From assembly GCA_963575745.1 (NCBI GenBank), contig CAUYUJ010000078.1, positions 62,001 to 118,649 on the forward strand: DNA of 56,649 nucleotides. The letters run 5' to 3'. Below the pieces are notes generated by a model. It was given only the letters and a program-made list of their open reading frames with translations. It was not told the origin of the DNA and ran no database searches. The DNA comes from Prorocentrum cordatum. Taxonomy: Eukaryota. The translations under genes and the position numbers were made by a program. Of this stretch, positions 36,051-47,800 are shown piece after piece (the first letter of the stretch is position 1; the number at the start of each line of letters is the position of its first letter).

Positions 36051-37284
36051 GGGACGCGCGGTAAAAGTGCAAGGCCCAGGCAAGGCCCAGAGATGGGCCG
36101 AAGTGGCAAGAACGTGAGGGCAACAAGATTGCCCATCCTTACCACGCGGGCCGACTGAAACATCACGAGCAGGAGCACGAGCAGGAAGAGAGGAAGAATA
36201 ATGGTGGGAGACGGAAGAGAAGAGGATGGGCCCAGGATCTACTTTAACAACAATATGTTGAATTCGGCGCCTTATGTTGCTTCAATTCTATTCATTTAAA
36301 TCGTTTCCAACCTCGCGCGCAGGAGCCCGCGGCGGGGCCCCGCGGGGGCGAGACAAAAAAAGGGATTAAAAAAAGTTCGGCCCCGGGGGGGGGGGCTGAA
36401 GGAGGAGGAAGAGAAGGAGGGGAAGGAGAGGACAAGAAGAAGGAAGAGAAGACAAAACATGTCTGATGCAGTTGCTAGGCAACGCGAAGCGACAGCAACT
36501 TCGTTCCGATATATAAAAGAAGAGGAACATAAGAAGAATAAACACGAGAAAAGCTGAAGAAAGATGAGGAAGAGGAATCCCGCTCGGCCGTCTCCGCCTC
36601 GAGCCTCGTGGCCTCGAATTGCTTGTAGACACTCGCAGCAGAGTCGGCCGTCTCGTAAAGCGAGGCTGTCAGCTTCTCGCGCGAGCTCGGGGCCGCGGGC
36701 GGCGAGGTCTGCAGGCCCCAGAGGCTCGACGGGCTCGTCTGCTTCGTCGGCGCGGACATCGGAGCCTCGCTGCAAAGCTGCAGTAGCTCGAAATAGAAAA
36801 CCTCGAGCCAACGTGGCTACGGAAGGCTGCAGGCTTCTGGCTGCTGTTGGTGCGTCCTTGATTGCTGCTCGCTGTTACCCGCGTTTTGTCAGCGTTATGT
36901 TGTTAACTTGCCGTTGGAGCTCCTGAGTGTTGGCTTGTTGTTATTGCTTGTGGTGTTGCTGTTGTGGCTTGCTGTTGCGTCGGTTGCTGGTGTCGCTGTT
37001 GTGCGTACTGTTGCTTCTCCCGTTGTTGGTGGTGCCGTTATTGCGCTGGTTGCTGTTGCTGTCGTTTGTGTGACCGCTGCTGTTGGTCGCGCGCGTTGTG
37101 CTGATTGCGCGTGCGATTGTTTTCTGTACCGTTGGTCTTGTTGCTCTCGCACCTGTCTCTCGTTGTCGCTGTTTTTCTCTGGCGCCCTCTAAGCCGGGGG
37201 CCACCTCGCTGAGAGCCCCCAGCGCCTCGCCCCCACTCTGCCCGAAAACACCTCGCCCAGAGCCCCCAGCGGCTCGCGCGGCGC

Positions 37285-37739
37285 CTCAGGGCTGAGTCAG
37301 GACTCGGGGCCGAGGCTGGAAGCGAAGCAGGGCTCGGCGCCGGGCGCAAGGCATCGCGCTGCCTCGTCGTTGCGGGCTTGCAGAGGCGCCTGCGCTTCTC
37401 CTCAGGGCCGAGCTTGACCTCCAGCTTGTTCTTCTTGTCCTCGAGCTTGCAGGAGCCCCTCCTGTCCTCCAGCTTGACCTTCGCGTCATCCGGCTTGACA
37501 TCGAGCTTGACCTTCTTGCCCTCGAGCTTCTTGTCCTCGAGGCTCCTGTCCGCGGGTTTGCTGGCGCCCTCCCCCAGCGTGGTGGCCTCCGTCTCCCTCG
37601 CCCACTCGTCGCCCTTCGCCCACTCGCCGACGCTCTCGTCGTCCGACCGCTCGGTGACAGGCCGACGATCGTCGCTGTCGGACTCGGACACGGGGCGCTG
37701 CGTCCTCAGCTGCCTTAGAATGCTTGAGCCTAAATTGGC
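37285..37739 (-). pseudogene. Possible retrocopy fragment headed by a relic spliced leader
   Basis: GCCAATTTAGGCTCAAG at 37739-37723 resembles the SL 3' part GCCATTTTGGCTCAAG. It is followed by a charged, coding-like frame (SESDSDD...KKLEGKKVKLDVK...KLEDKKNKLEVKL). Confidence 0.45.
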
Positions 37740-38124
37740 CACTGTTGTTGTTATTGGTGGTTGTATTGTTGCTGTTCTTGTCTGTCGTTACTTTTGCCAT
37801 TAGTGTTTATCGTGTTGCTGTTTGTTGTTTGCGCAGCTGTTGTTTGTTATGCTGTTGTTTGTCTTGGTGCTGTTGTGCCCTGCTGTTCCTGCTGTGCTTC
37901 TGGTGGATGTTGCTGTCGTGGCTGCGGTTGGTTGCGTTTGTGTTGTTGTGCGTGTATGTGCGTGCGTGTGAGTGTGTGTTAGTGCGTGTGGGGGAGTGCG
38001 TGGGTGTGTCTGCGAATGTGTGTGAGGGTGTGGGTGCGCGGGAGTGCGCGCGTCCGTGCGTGCGCGCGCGCACGCGCGCGCGGCGGCGCGCTTGCGCGCG
38101 CGTTCGCGCGCGCGCGGCCGCCAG

Positions 38125-39210
38125 GCGTCGAGGCTCAACCCTCGATCCCCGGATCGAGGACCCAGGATCCTGGAGCCCAAGCTCGGCGATCCTCGAATCT
38201 AGGATCCGAAGTGCTCGCAGATGCTCAAGACCATGATCCCGGACCCTCGATCCGAGGATGTAGGGTCGAGCCTGCTCGATGGCAGCGTGGGCCCGAGGAC
38301 GGCGACGGGGGGAACCGACAATCGCCGAGGCTCGATCCTCGAGCCTCGGATGCCGAACCCAAGACCTCCGAGCCCAAGCGCTGCGATCCTCGGGTCTAGG
38401 ATCAAAGGCGTTCAGAGACGCATGGCACCGAGATCTCGGATCCTCGATCCGACAATGGAGGATCGAGCCTGCTCGGCGGCGGCTTGAGCGCCCGAAGACG
38501 GCGAGAGGGGCGATCTACGATCGCCGAGGCTCGGCCCTCGAGCCTCGGATGTCAAACCCGAGATCTTCGAATCCAAGCTTGGCGACCCTCGGATCTAGGA
38601 TCCAAGGTGCTCGCAGATGCTCAAGACCAAGATCTCAGATCCTCGATCCGAGGATGGAGGGTCGAGCCTGCTCGGCGGCGGCGCGGGCCCGAGGGCGGCG
38701 AGAGGGGCGATCTACCATCGCCGAGGCTCGGCCCCCGAGCCTCGGATGTCGAGCCCGAGATCTCCGAGTCCAAACTTGGCGACCCTCGGATCTAGGAACC
38801 AAGGTGCTCGCAGATGCTCAAGACCTAGATGCCAGATCCTCGATCCGAGGATGAAGGGTCGAGCCTGCCTGGCGGCAGCGTGGGCCCGTGGACGGCGACG
38901 AGGGCGATCGACCATCGCCGAGGCTCGATCCTCGACCCTCGGATCGCGACCCCGAGATCTTCGAGTCCAAGCTCGACGATCCTCGGATCTTGGATCCAAG
39001 GCGCTCGAGGATGCTCGGAGCCAAGATCTCGGATCTTCGGTCCGAAGATATAGCCTCCTTGATGGCGGCCTCGGCCTGGCGACGGCGACGGCGCCGATCG
39101 AGCATCGCCGAGACCCGACCCTCGATCCTCGGATCGCGGACCCGAGATCACGTCGGAGCATCGATCCGAGGATGGAGGATCGAGCCCCCTTGATTCATGC
39201 TTGATCGAGG
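38125..39210. repeat. Degenerate ~195-bp tandem repeat rich in CTCGA/GGATC, ~5 copies
   Basis: cctcgatccga at ~38245, 38442, 38641, 38838; tgctcgcagatgctcaagacc occurs three times. Confidence 0.85.
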
Positions 39211-39399
39211 ATCACTCGGCGAGAGGGGGGGAGTAGTGCCCCGCAGCTCGAGACACCACTCGCGCGTGCTCGAACGCTCTCTTGGAGCTTAAAAAAGCAG
39301 ATGGGGCTCGAGTGCGCGCCTCGAGACGGCGCCCTCGTAGCGAGAACCACGGGGGCGCTTGGCTCGGGGCGCTCGTGCGCCAGGCTCTCAGGCGTCCGC

Positions 39400-40420
39400 A
39401 AGCATGAACGAGGCGGCCTCTGGCTCGGCCTTCGCGTCGGCCTGGCCCCCCCCGCCCTCGCGCTTGTTCATGGCGAGCTGGTCGATCGGCGTGGCCGCTG
39501 GCAAGCGTCTGGGAATTCACCTTGATGCGCACGTCGAGAAGCTTGGTCTCGAACTCCTGCTGCTTGACGGTTTTCGAGTAGCCCAGCTTGGCGCGCTCGC
39601 CCTGGTAGCCCCGCTCCTGGACTTCGAAATTCACGTCGGCTGTCGTCTTGGCGGCCCAGCACCGCTCGACGATCGCTTGCGCGGTGGCCTCGGCGACCCC
39701 GTCACTGCTCGAGACTAGGGCGCGCTCGAGGCACTGCTTGACGCACTGCCTGGCCTTGCTCGGAGTCAACTCGAAGAGCTGCTCGGCATTGCCGGCGGGC
39801 CCCTCGCCCCGCTGCTCGACGGGCTCGAACATCTCGTTGGTCGGCAACACAAGGTCGTGGAGGTGGAGGAGCTCGGCGGGGATGTCTGGGAGGGCATGGC
39901 CGACGCGCTCGGCGTAGGAGCCGTGGATGAGGCCCTCGACGCTCTCGGCGCCGAGCTCCACGTCCTTCTTCTTGGCAAGCTCCTGCTTCTCGGCCTTGAA
40001 GCTCGGCATGGGCCAGGGGGTCCTCGGGCGGCCCCCCGCGGTTCTCGAACACGTCGTAAACGCGCTCGTCATTCTCGCAGCATGTCTGATAGAACGCCGC
40101 CACGGCCAGCTCGATGCGCCTCTTGTCCTTCTCGTTGAAGACGTGGCCGTACTCGATGCTCTTGAAGGGCCCGCCGTTGTAGACCACCTCGAGGACGGTT
40201 TGCTGGGCGCTGCTTGACCACGAGGCGCTCGCGGCCTTGAAAAAGCAGGCCGCCGTCCTCGCTGCCTCCGCGCCTTGCGCGCTCGATTGGCACTGGCGCG
40301 TCTCGGCGATCGCGATCTCGTTCGCGATGAAGCGCAGCATGTCGAGGATCTTCTCGTTCTGCTTGGCCATGCGCTCGAGAATCTCGTTCGAGCTCGGGCT
40401 CGGGGTCGCGACGTTCCTGA
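39400..40420 (-). pseudogene. Frameshifted coding relic of unknown function
   Basis: Two overlapping frames read as globular protein (ILERMAKQNEKILDMLRF...YNGGPFKSIEYGHVF...; FKAEKQELAKK...QEFETKLLDVRIKVN). No family recognised. Confidence 0.45.
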
Positions 40421-41674
40421 GGGACTCGACGGGGCGGCTCGCCGCCGCGGCGCGCTCCGCGGGCTGGGACATCGCCGGGGCTCGCGACGCACTCAGGGGC
40501 AACGATGCGGGGGGATAGGCATTGGGGGGGGACATCGACCTGGAATCGGCGATACATCGCCGATGCATCGGCGATGCACGCCCGATCGTGAATCCGCACG
40601 TTTCCGGGCAGGTTCGGCATGCCTATCCCCCCCTATCGCTGCCCCTGGGGCGAAGAGGCTCTGCGCCTCGAAGAGGCTCGGGAGCTTGGAGTCTCAGAAA
40701 CTCGGGGACGCTCGGGCCTGGACAGCTGCGGGGGCAGAGGAGGAGGAGGAGGAGGAGGAGGAGGAGGAGGAAGAGGAGGGGGAGGGGGAGGGCCACGACC
40801 CGTGTGAGGGGTGCGCTAAAAAAAACATTAACTCCAATGCTCTGCCTGGTCGAAAAACGCATGCACACTCAAAATCCAATCGGTCCCTATGGCCCTGCCA
40901 CACGTTCCTGCCTCGGGAACGGCTACGAAAATGAGAATCCCATGGCCCTGCCGCACATTCGTAACGTGGGCAAACTGAACTGGTGAGAATCCCAACCCTG
41001 CCACACGCTCGTGACTGTGGACGCTGGTGTGGTGAGACCACCATGGCCATGCTCAGCGTTTTTGATGCTGCTGCTGCTCAACATGAGATGATAGCAACTT
41101 CGATTCGCAACTTTCCCCGTGGATTATAAAGTTCGGCCCCCGCGCCCCTCTCCACTATTTAATCCGATTGGACGGGGGTTATAAAAAAGAGGGGGAAAGG
41201 GGGGGCTACATTATTATCGCCCGTGCTCGGTTAGCCTAGGCCCGCGCCTTCTAAGAAGTCGAAGGGTGCTTCTTGGAAGACTTCCCCCCTCCCCCTGGCC
41301 CTTCTGCGCGTGGCTGATGTTTCGGAAGCCTCAGAGGAGGACCCACCATTTGAGCCAGCTTGGGGTCTGAGGTGGCCCAACACTGGTTGTGGCCAACAAA
41401 AGATTCCAGACTCTGAGTTCGGGAAGGTTTTTGGTATTCCCCTGCCTTCAAAGGCCGTTGTCGGGCCCCGAGACCATCAGAAACGGGTGCGAGAGAATCG
41501 ACTAAATGGAACCCGCCAGGAGGGTCCTGTTACCTGTTTTGATCGGATTTGGCCTTCTCCCCCCCGCCTGACCGATTTCCTCGGGCCCCAACCAGCTCAA
41601 AACCTCCAGCTGCCTCCAACCGCAATTAGCTTTACAACGCTCGCGCGGACCGTTGCTCCTGTAGAGGGACGTTG

Positions 41675-41845
41675 AAGGGGCCCTGGGACACACTAATAAA
41701 TAGGCACAAATAAAAAGATTCCCCATAGTTTCCCATATGTTCTGGCTTTTCGTCTCCCCCCCACCTCGCATACTTTCCCATATTTGCTGGGGAGTCGACG
41801 ATTCATTGTGTCAGTGTGCTTCTTTCCCTCCTGGGACGTGCCCGA
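41675..41845. repeat. Dispersed ~170-bp repeat; further copies at ~54705-54870 and ~54968-55140
   Basis: Shared ggggccc..ggacacac, ccatat.ttctgg, ctggggaatcgacga, attgtgtc. Confidence 0.8.
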
Positions 41846-41863
41846 CGTACTGCAAGGCTTAGT

Positions 41864-42098
41864 GGGCCCTGGAAACGACAAGGCCGTTTTTTACCGGTTC
41901 CGTTTTGCCGTTTTTCTGCCGGTTCCGACGCCGTTTTTTTACCGGTTCCGTCGCCGTGTTTTGACCGGTTCCGGCTCCGGCTCCGATCACGGAGCCGTTT
42001 TTGTTGCCGTTTCCGGTCGCCGTTTTTTTGCCGCTTCCATTTTCAATGGACATTGTCTTGGAAACGGTGAGAAAACGGCCCTGCCGTTTCCGGGGCCC
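41864..42098. mobile_element. MITE-like element with ~27-bp imperfect TIRs and internal accggtt/ccgtttt repeats
   Basis: Left end gggccctggaaacgacaaggccgtttt versus reverse complement of right end gggccccggaaacggcagggccgtttt. Confidence 0.7.
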
Positions 42099-42732
42099 AA
42101 ACCCAGAGGCTCTTCACTGCTACTTTTTAACGTTGCGCTCGCGTCGGCCTGTTTACCGGTGGATGTTGGTTTTACCGGTGGATGTCCGCCATTTACCGGT
42201 GCACGAGCTTTAATGAGGAAAAACGCATTCACTGTTAAACATGAATACTGGTGGATCCCACAAAGCTCCAAGGGTCCCGTCCTCCTCCGCCCCCCCGCGG
42301 GCCCCGAGGCGGGCCCCCGCAGGCCCGACCTTCGGAGCAGGCCGACCGCCGCGACCCTCCCCCCCCTTTGCGAGGCCCAGCGGCCCAGGAGGCCCCCCGG
42401 GGGGGCGAGGCGGCGGCCGCGGCGGCAGGAACGGGGGTGCGAGGCAGGGATTGTTGTCCAGATCCGCCGCCTGGGAACCGACGTCACGGTGCCCCGGCGG
42501 GCGGCGGATGTGGATGCATTTGGGCCCCCAGGGGCCCGAATGATGCCATATCCACCGCCTGCCGAGGCTCCGAAGACTGACCCTCCAGGCGGTGGTCATG
42601 GATAAATTCCCGCCTCGGAAGGGGAGATGCCGACCCCCCATCCTTGGGAAGAAAATCCTGGAGGCCTTGCGCGGCACCTTGAGGCACGATTTGCGTCGGA
42701 TCCCAGTCGGTGTCGCGTCGGATTCACGTCGG

Positions 42733-43480
42733 CCTCCTCCTCCTCCTCCTCCTCCTCCTCCTCCTCCTCCTCCTCCCTCCTCCTCCTCATCCTGCTCCTC
42801 CTCCTCCCCCCCTCCTCCACCTCCCCTCCTCCTCCTCCCCTATTCCTGCTCCTCCTCCTCCTCCTGCTCCTCCTGCTCCTCCTGCTGCTTCCTGCTCCTC
42901 TCCTGCTCCTCCCTCTCCTCCTCCTCCTCCTCCTCCTCCTCCTCCTCCTCCTCCTCCTCCTCCTTTCTATTCCTGCTCCTCCTCCTGCTCCTGCTCCTCC
43001 ACCTCCTCCTCCTCCTCCTGCTCCTCCTCCTCCTCCTCCTCCGCCTCCTCCTTCTCCTCCTCCTCCTCCTCCTCCTCCTCCTCCTCCTCCTCCTCCTCCT
43101 CCTCCTCCTCCTCCTCCTCCTCCTCCTCCTCCTCCTCCTCCTCCTCCTCCTCCGCCTCCTCCTCCTCCCTCCTCCTCCTCCTCCTCCTCCTGCTCCTATT
43201 CCTGCTCCTCCTCCTGCTCCTGCTCCTCCACCTCCTCCCTCTCCTCCTCCTCCTCCTCCTCCTCCTCCTCCCCTCCTCCTCCTCCTCCTCCCTCCTCCTC
43301 CTCCCCCTCCTCCCCCTCCCCCCCCTCCCCCTCCCCCTCCCCCTCCCCCTCCCCCTCCCCCTCCCCCTCCCCCCCCCTCCCCCTCCCCCTCCCCCCCCCT
43401 CCCCCTCCCCTCCTCCCCCCTCCTCCTCCTCCTCCTCCTCCTCCTCCTCCTCCTCCTCCTCCTCCTCCTCCTCCTCCCCC
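42733..43480. repeat. (CCT)n microsatellite, left flank of the LINE (resumes at 49931-50110)
   Basis: Directly visible on both sides of the LINE. Confidence 0.95.
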
Positions 43481-43502
43481 TCCGTAGCCATTTTGGCTCA
43501 AG
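43481..43502 (+). other. Perfect dinoflagellate spliced leader (DinoSL) exon copy
   Basis: TCCGTAGCCATTTTGGCTCAAG matches DCCGTAGCCATTTTGGCTCAAG at 22/22. Confidence 0.97.
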
Positions 43503-43673
43503 GCTCTTTTAGAACCCGCTTGGGCTCTAAGGGGGCTGAGAGCCCCGCAGCTTGGGCTCAAAGCCCCCGTGCTCTTCAGCAATCATTTCACGTCCGCCTG
43601 GGTCAGCCTGCCAAGGCGTCCCAGGCTTGTGCGCTCGTCCTACGGAGCCCTGCGAGGGCCATTAGTGCCCGCC

Positions 43674-44873
43674 ATGGCGCCAGCTCCGTGGTGGAAGCAG
43701 CCTCCCCAGTCCGCAGGTGGTCCAGATTGGGGGGGTCGGGCAGACTCCTGGTCTGTCGCGGCAGCGGGTAACAAGGCGGGCAAATCTAAGAAGAAGAACT
43801 CCTCCTACACAGTGTGCGCTTGCGGCCATTGGACTTATGACCGTCTTCTTGCACGTCGCCTCTACTGTGTTGGGTGTGGTGAGCCTTTGCAGCCAGGCTC
43901 GGGCGCGCGAGGCGCTGCCGCTGGCGGACCCGGCGGAGTCGGCAATGGTCAAGGATCTCCTGTGGTCGTCGTCGAGGACGCCAGCGCGGTGGCCATCAGG
44001 AAGGCTGCTGGTCTCCTCCCCCCAGACGAAGCTACTGCGCTGCTCAAGGATACTGGAGTCGAGTTGGTTCCTCCGAAGGCGCCCGAGTTGCCGGCCTTGC
44101 CGGAGTCGGAGATCACGGCTGCGGAGGCTGCCAAGCGCTGGGCCAACAAGGCGCTCGACAAGGCCTTGCACGAGCAGCTCAAGGCGGAGCAGTACCTCCA
44201 GGAGGCCCAGCAGAAGGTCGACGAATGTCTCCGCAAGGAGCGGCAGGCTCAGCGTGACCTGGAGGAGGCCACCAAGCGCCACGCCAAGAAGGTGCTCCCT
44301 GCAGGCTTTGAGGAGAAGGCGCCTACCGCCTCGAGCAAGTCGGTGGTCCACATCGAAGCCTTGCTCGCTGACCCCGAGTCCTTGGAGCTCGATGTTGGGG
44401 AGGCGGTGGACCTCTCTGGCCCAGAGTTCTCGGACCATGATCGCGAGCAGTTCGAGAGTTGGGTCACCTCGCACAAGCAGAACTGCGCCAAACTCCTCAA
44501 GCAGGCCTTCGAGAGCATCCAAGAGGAGGCCAGGAAGGCCCAAGCAGAATATAAGAAGCAGACTGAGATGTTATCTAAGAAGCGTAAGGTCGGAGAGGCA
44601 GGCGAGGCTGCCCCACCGGCTGCCCCTGCTGCGCCAGCCTCCTCTGGGCAGGCTGCGGCAGGCGGCGGACGCGCCCCTGCGGCGGGCGCCCCAGCGGCGT
44701 CGCAGGAGAGTGCGGGCGAGGTGCGCAGAGTGCCGGTGCCAGCCTCTGGTGATGAGGACCTTGACGAGATGCAGAAGCGCAAGGCCGCTGCACTTGAGGC
44801 TGCCAAGGCCAGGGCGGCCAGTGCTGAGGCCAAGGTCGAAGGAGCTGCTGCTGCCAAAGGGGCCTGTTCCTGA
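43674..44873 (+). CDS. LINE ORF1 protein (zinc-ribbon-like motif plus coiled coil)
   Basis: First in-frame ATG at 43674; CACGHW...CVGCG; A/E/K/Q-rich helical heptad regions; directly precedes ORF2. Confidence 0.8.
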   Translation: MAPAPWWKQPPQSAGGPDWGGRADSWSVAAAGNKAGKSKKKNSSYTVCACGHWTYDRLLARRLYCVGCGEPLQPGSGARGAAAGGPGGVGNGQGSPVVVVEDASAVAIRKAAGLLPPDEATALLKDTGVELVPPKAPELPALPESEITAAEAAKRWANKALDKALHEQLKAEQYLQEAQQKVDECLRKERQAQRDLEEATKRHAKKVLPAGFEEKAPTASSKSVVHIEALLADPESLELDVGEAVDLSGPEFSDHDREQFESWVTSHKQNCAKLLKQAFESIQEEARKAQAEYKKQTEMLSKKRKVGEAGEAAPPAAPAAPASSGQAAAGGGRAPAAGAPAASQESAGEVRRVPVPASGDEDLDEMQKRKAAALEAAKARAASAEAKVEGAAAAKGACS

Positions 44874-47800
44874 CGGGCTTGCCCTCGTCTATGGCAACAT
44901 CAGTGCTTGGGGCCCCCAGGCTGAGAAGTGGTTGAAGGAATGTCGAGCGGACATCGTGGTGTTCGTGGAGACGCGCACTCGTGACTCCAAATTTCGTGAC
45001 ATGCTCAAGTGCGTGGGCAAACTAGGCTGGTGCTCGGTTGGCGGAGAGGCCGACGCCACGGAAGCTGACGACTCCAGTGCAGGAGTTCTGATTTTGGCCA
45101 AGAAGAACCTTGGACTGTCTTCTCTGTTCTTGGAGGCCTCGGGCCGTTGGCACTCCAGCAAGTGTGCGAGGTGGTGTGTCGCCACGGTCAGGCTCAAGCA
45201 TGTGACCCTGACGGTCGTCCCCATCTACTTGATCTCAGGTGTGAGGTCTACATGTGTGTCCCGCAACCTTAGCCTCTTGTCCGAGATTGGCTCCAGGCTC
45301 TCGCAGGTTGCTGGGCCGCTTCTGCTGGTGGGCGACTGGCAGATGGAAATTTCCGACCTCGCGTCCACGGGCTTCATGAAGGAGCTCGGGTTGGTCGAGG
45401 TGCCCAGCCCAGACGTCTCTGTAACTTGCACTGGGGGGCGAGGAGCCGCGAGTAAGATCGACTATTCCCTCGTGAATGCGGGCTTCGCCCAGGCTGTCAA
45501 GTTCGTCGGCGTGGACCTGAGTGCTCCTTAGGGCACGCACTTGGCGCTGCAGTATTGGATTGCGTCGCGTCCTCGATCCATTCATGGCTGGAAGCTGGTT
45601 GCCCCCCGTGCCCTGGACGTCGCGGCCAAGCCTGACAGTATTATCGACTTGGGCTGGGACGACGCGCGGGAGCAGGCCAGGCTTCTGCGGTGTGAGAGGC
45701 CGGCCCGTTTTCAGTCAAATTTTAATGCTGCCAGAGATGCCCTGGCACAGCACGATACTCCGAAGGTATCCTTGCAGCTCGGCCAAGAGCTCAGCGAATG
45801 GGCCTTGGCGCTTGAGCTAGTGCATTGTGGGAAAAAGGGCATCCCAGGCGCTGATTGGGAACGGTACCTCGGCCGTTGTCAACAGCCTCGCATCCGTTGG
45901 GTGCCGATCGTTCCCAAGAGTTCCGAAGGGCCCCCTCTGGCCGACCGGCATGCACGTTTCTGGGCGGCTGTTTCAGCCCAGCTTCTTCATTTAATGCGGC
46001 TGATCGATCCCGATTGTGATCCCAATGAAGCGGCTGCCCCCCTTCAGAAGCATTCTGGCCAGTTTTGGGCTCTGGTGAGAGGGCTTCGTGACCTGACCCC
46101 CCCGAGGCTCTCGATCCGGGGGACGCTGGGGAGGCGGCCGCCTTGGGAAGGTGGGCCTCATGGCTCACATCTATCTCTACCCTGGACCCTCCGAGTTTTC
46201 AGCAACTCCAGGAGGACGCCCAGGAGCGGGCCAATAAGGCGGCCAGGCGAGCCGCTTCGGAAGCGCGGGCCCGTTGGAAAGTCTGGCTGTCTGAGGCCCT
46301 TGCGGGGTCAGCGTCGGCGGCGCATAGGCTGCTCAAGCCCAACGTGGGCCCCGAGGTGCCGAAAACAGAACCCATTTTTCAAGGTCACCCGGCTACCACG
46401 GCCAGCGAGATGCTGGAAGTCGAGTCGGAGGCCTGGGGCAAGATTTGGAGTAGGCACTCTCGGAAGGAGGCTGTGGAAGCTCTGGCTACCTGGAGGGTAG
46501 CGGCTCGAGCGTCTCCTTTGTCCGACCCCATTTCGTCCCAGCAGGTGCTAGCAGCTCTTAAGACGATGCCTGACCGTCGCGGCAAGGGAGCTGATGGGAT
46601 GCCACCGCGTCTGGTCAAGGATGCGCCTCCTGAGGCTATTGCTGCCTTGGCCAGCCTTCTGACTAGAATCGAGCATGAAGTGACTTTACCTTTTCAGGAA
46701 CTGTTTAATCTTATTGCCCTCCTGGACAAGGAGGACGGAGGCCTGCGCCCTATTGCCCTCCTTAATTGTTGTTACGTGATTCTGTGTAGGATTCGCAAGC
46801 CTGTGATTGGAGCTTGGGATCACGAAGCCCACGGGTCCTGGGACAAGACTGTGGGCTCGTCGGCCGAACATGCGGGCTGGCTCGATGAACTGGAGACCGA
46901 GTTGGCTCTCCTAGGAGGTTTCTGTCTTGCCGGGGGCTTGCTTGATATGCGCAAGTTCTATGACCTGGTCTGTTTGCCTGACCTCGCCCAAGCTTCTCAC
47001 GACCTCCACTATCCTCTCCGCCTCCTCGTCCTGGCCCTGGATGTGTATCTTGGGCCCAGGATGTTGACGCTCCAGCAGCAGGTCCACCCAGGACTTCTTC
47101 CTGGGGGTGGGATCTTGGCGGGGTGTGGCCAGGCGGTCTCCCAGGCCCGGTCGTATTTATATGAGCCTTTGGAGGCTACTAACAATTCGGCTCCAGGGCT
47201 CAGGCTTCGGGAATGGGTGGACGACATCTCTTTCCGCCTCCCTGGTTCGGAATATTCCATTGGCATTTCTTTTCCGATAGTCTTGCGTGCTCTTCTTCAG
47301 GGCCTTCGCAGACGTAAGTGTGTGCTAGCGCTCCCGAAGTGTTATTTGATGGCCTCCTCGGCCAGCCTCCGCCGCAAGCTAGCCGGCTGGGCGGAGGAAG
47401 CTGGGGGAGAAGCTCCTCAGCTAGGCCAGGCCACCGCGGCCCGAGATTTGGGCCACGACACGACCATGGGCGCCTCCAGGTCGGTCAAGGTTAGGAAAGC
47501 CCGATTTTTGAAGGGCAGGCGTGCGGCTCACAAGATTGCTGGTCTAGTTAGGACCTCTCCTAAGTCCTCGAAGCTGTACCTTTCCAACGCTTTTCCGAAA
47601 GCTGTCTGGGCCCCTGAAGTCCACGGGCTGGCCCCCAGCATGGTCAAGCAGCTCCGTGGACAGGCGCGGCTGAGCAGTAAGTGCCCGCAGAGAGGCTCTT
47701 GCGCCACCACGGCTATTCGAATCAGTCTGGGCTCTAGCCGTGACCCTGCTATAATGTACATCAGGCGTCTCGTCGGAGCTTGGTTCGCTAGAGTTTTTCG

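Noticed and set aside
43481..43540. SL RNA gene
   Set aside because: The 22-nt exon is followed by GCTC, not a GT donor and SL intron, and runs directly into the LINE 5' UTR.
45529..45531. Stop-codon reassignment suggested by in-frame TAG (LINE) and TGA (4574, copia)
   Set aside because: Only two isolated cases across thousands of codons; point mutation or sequencing error suffices.
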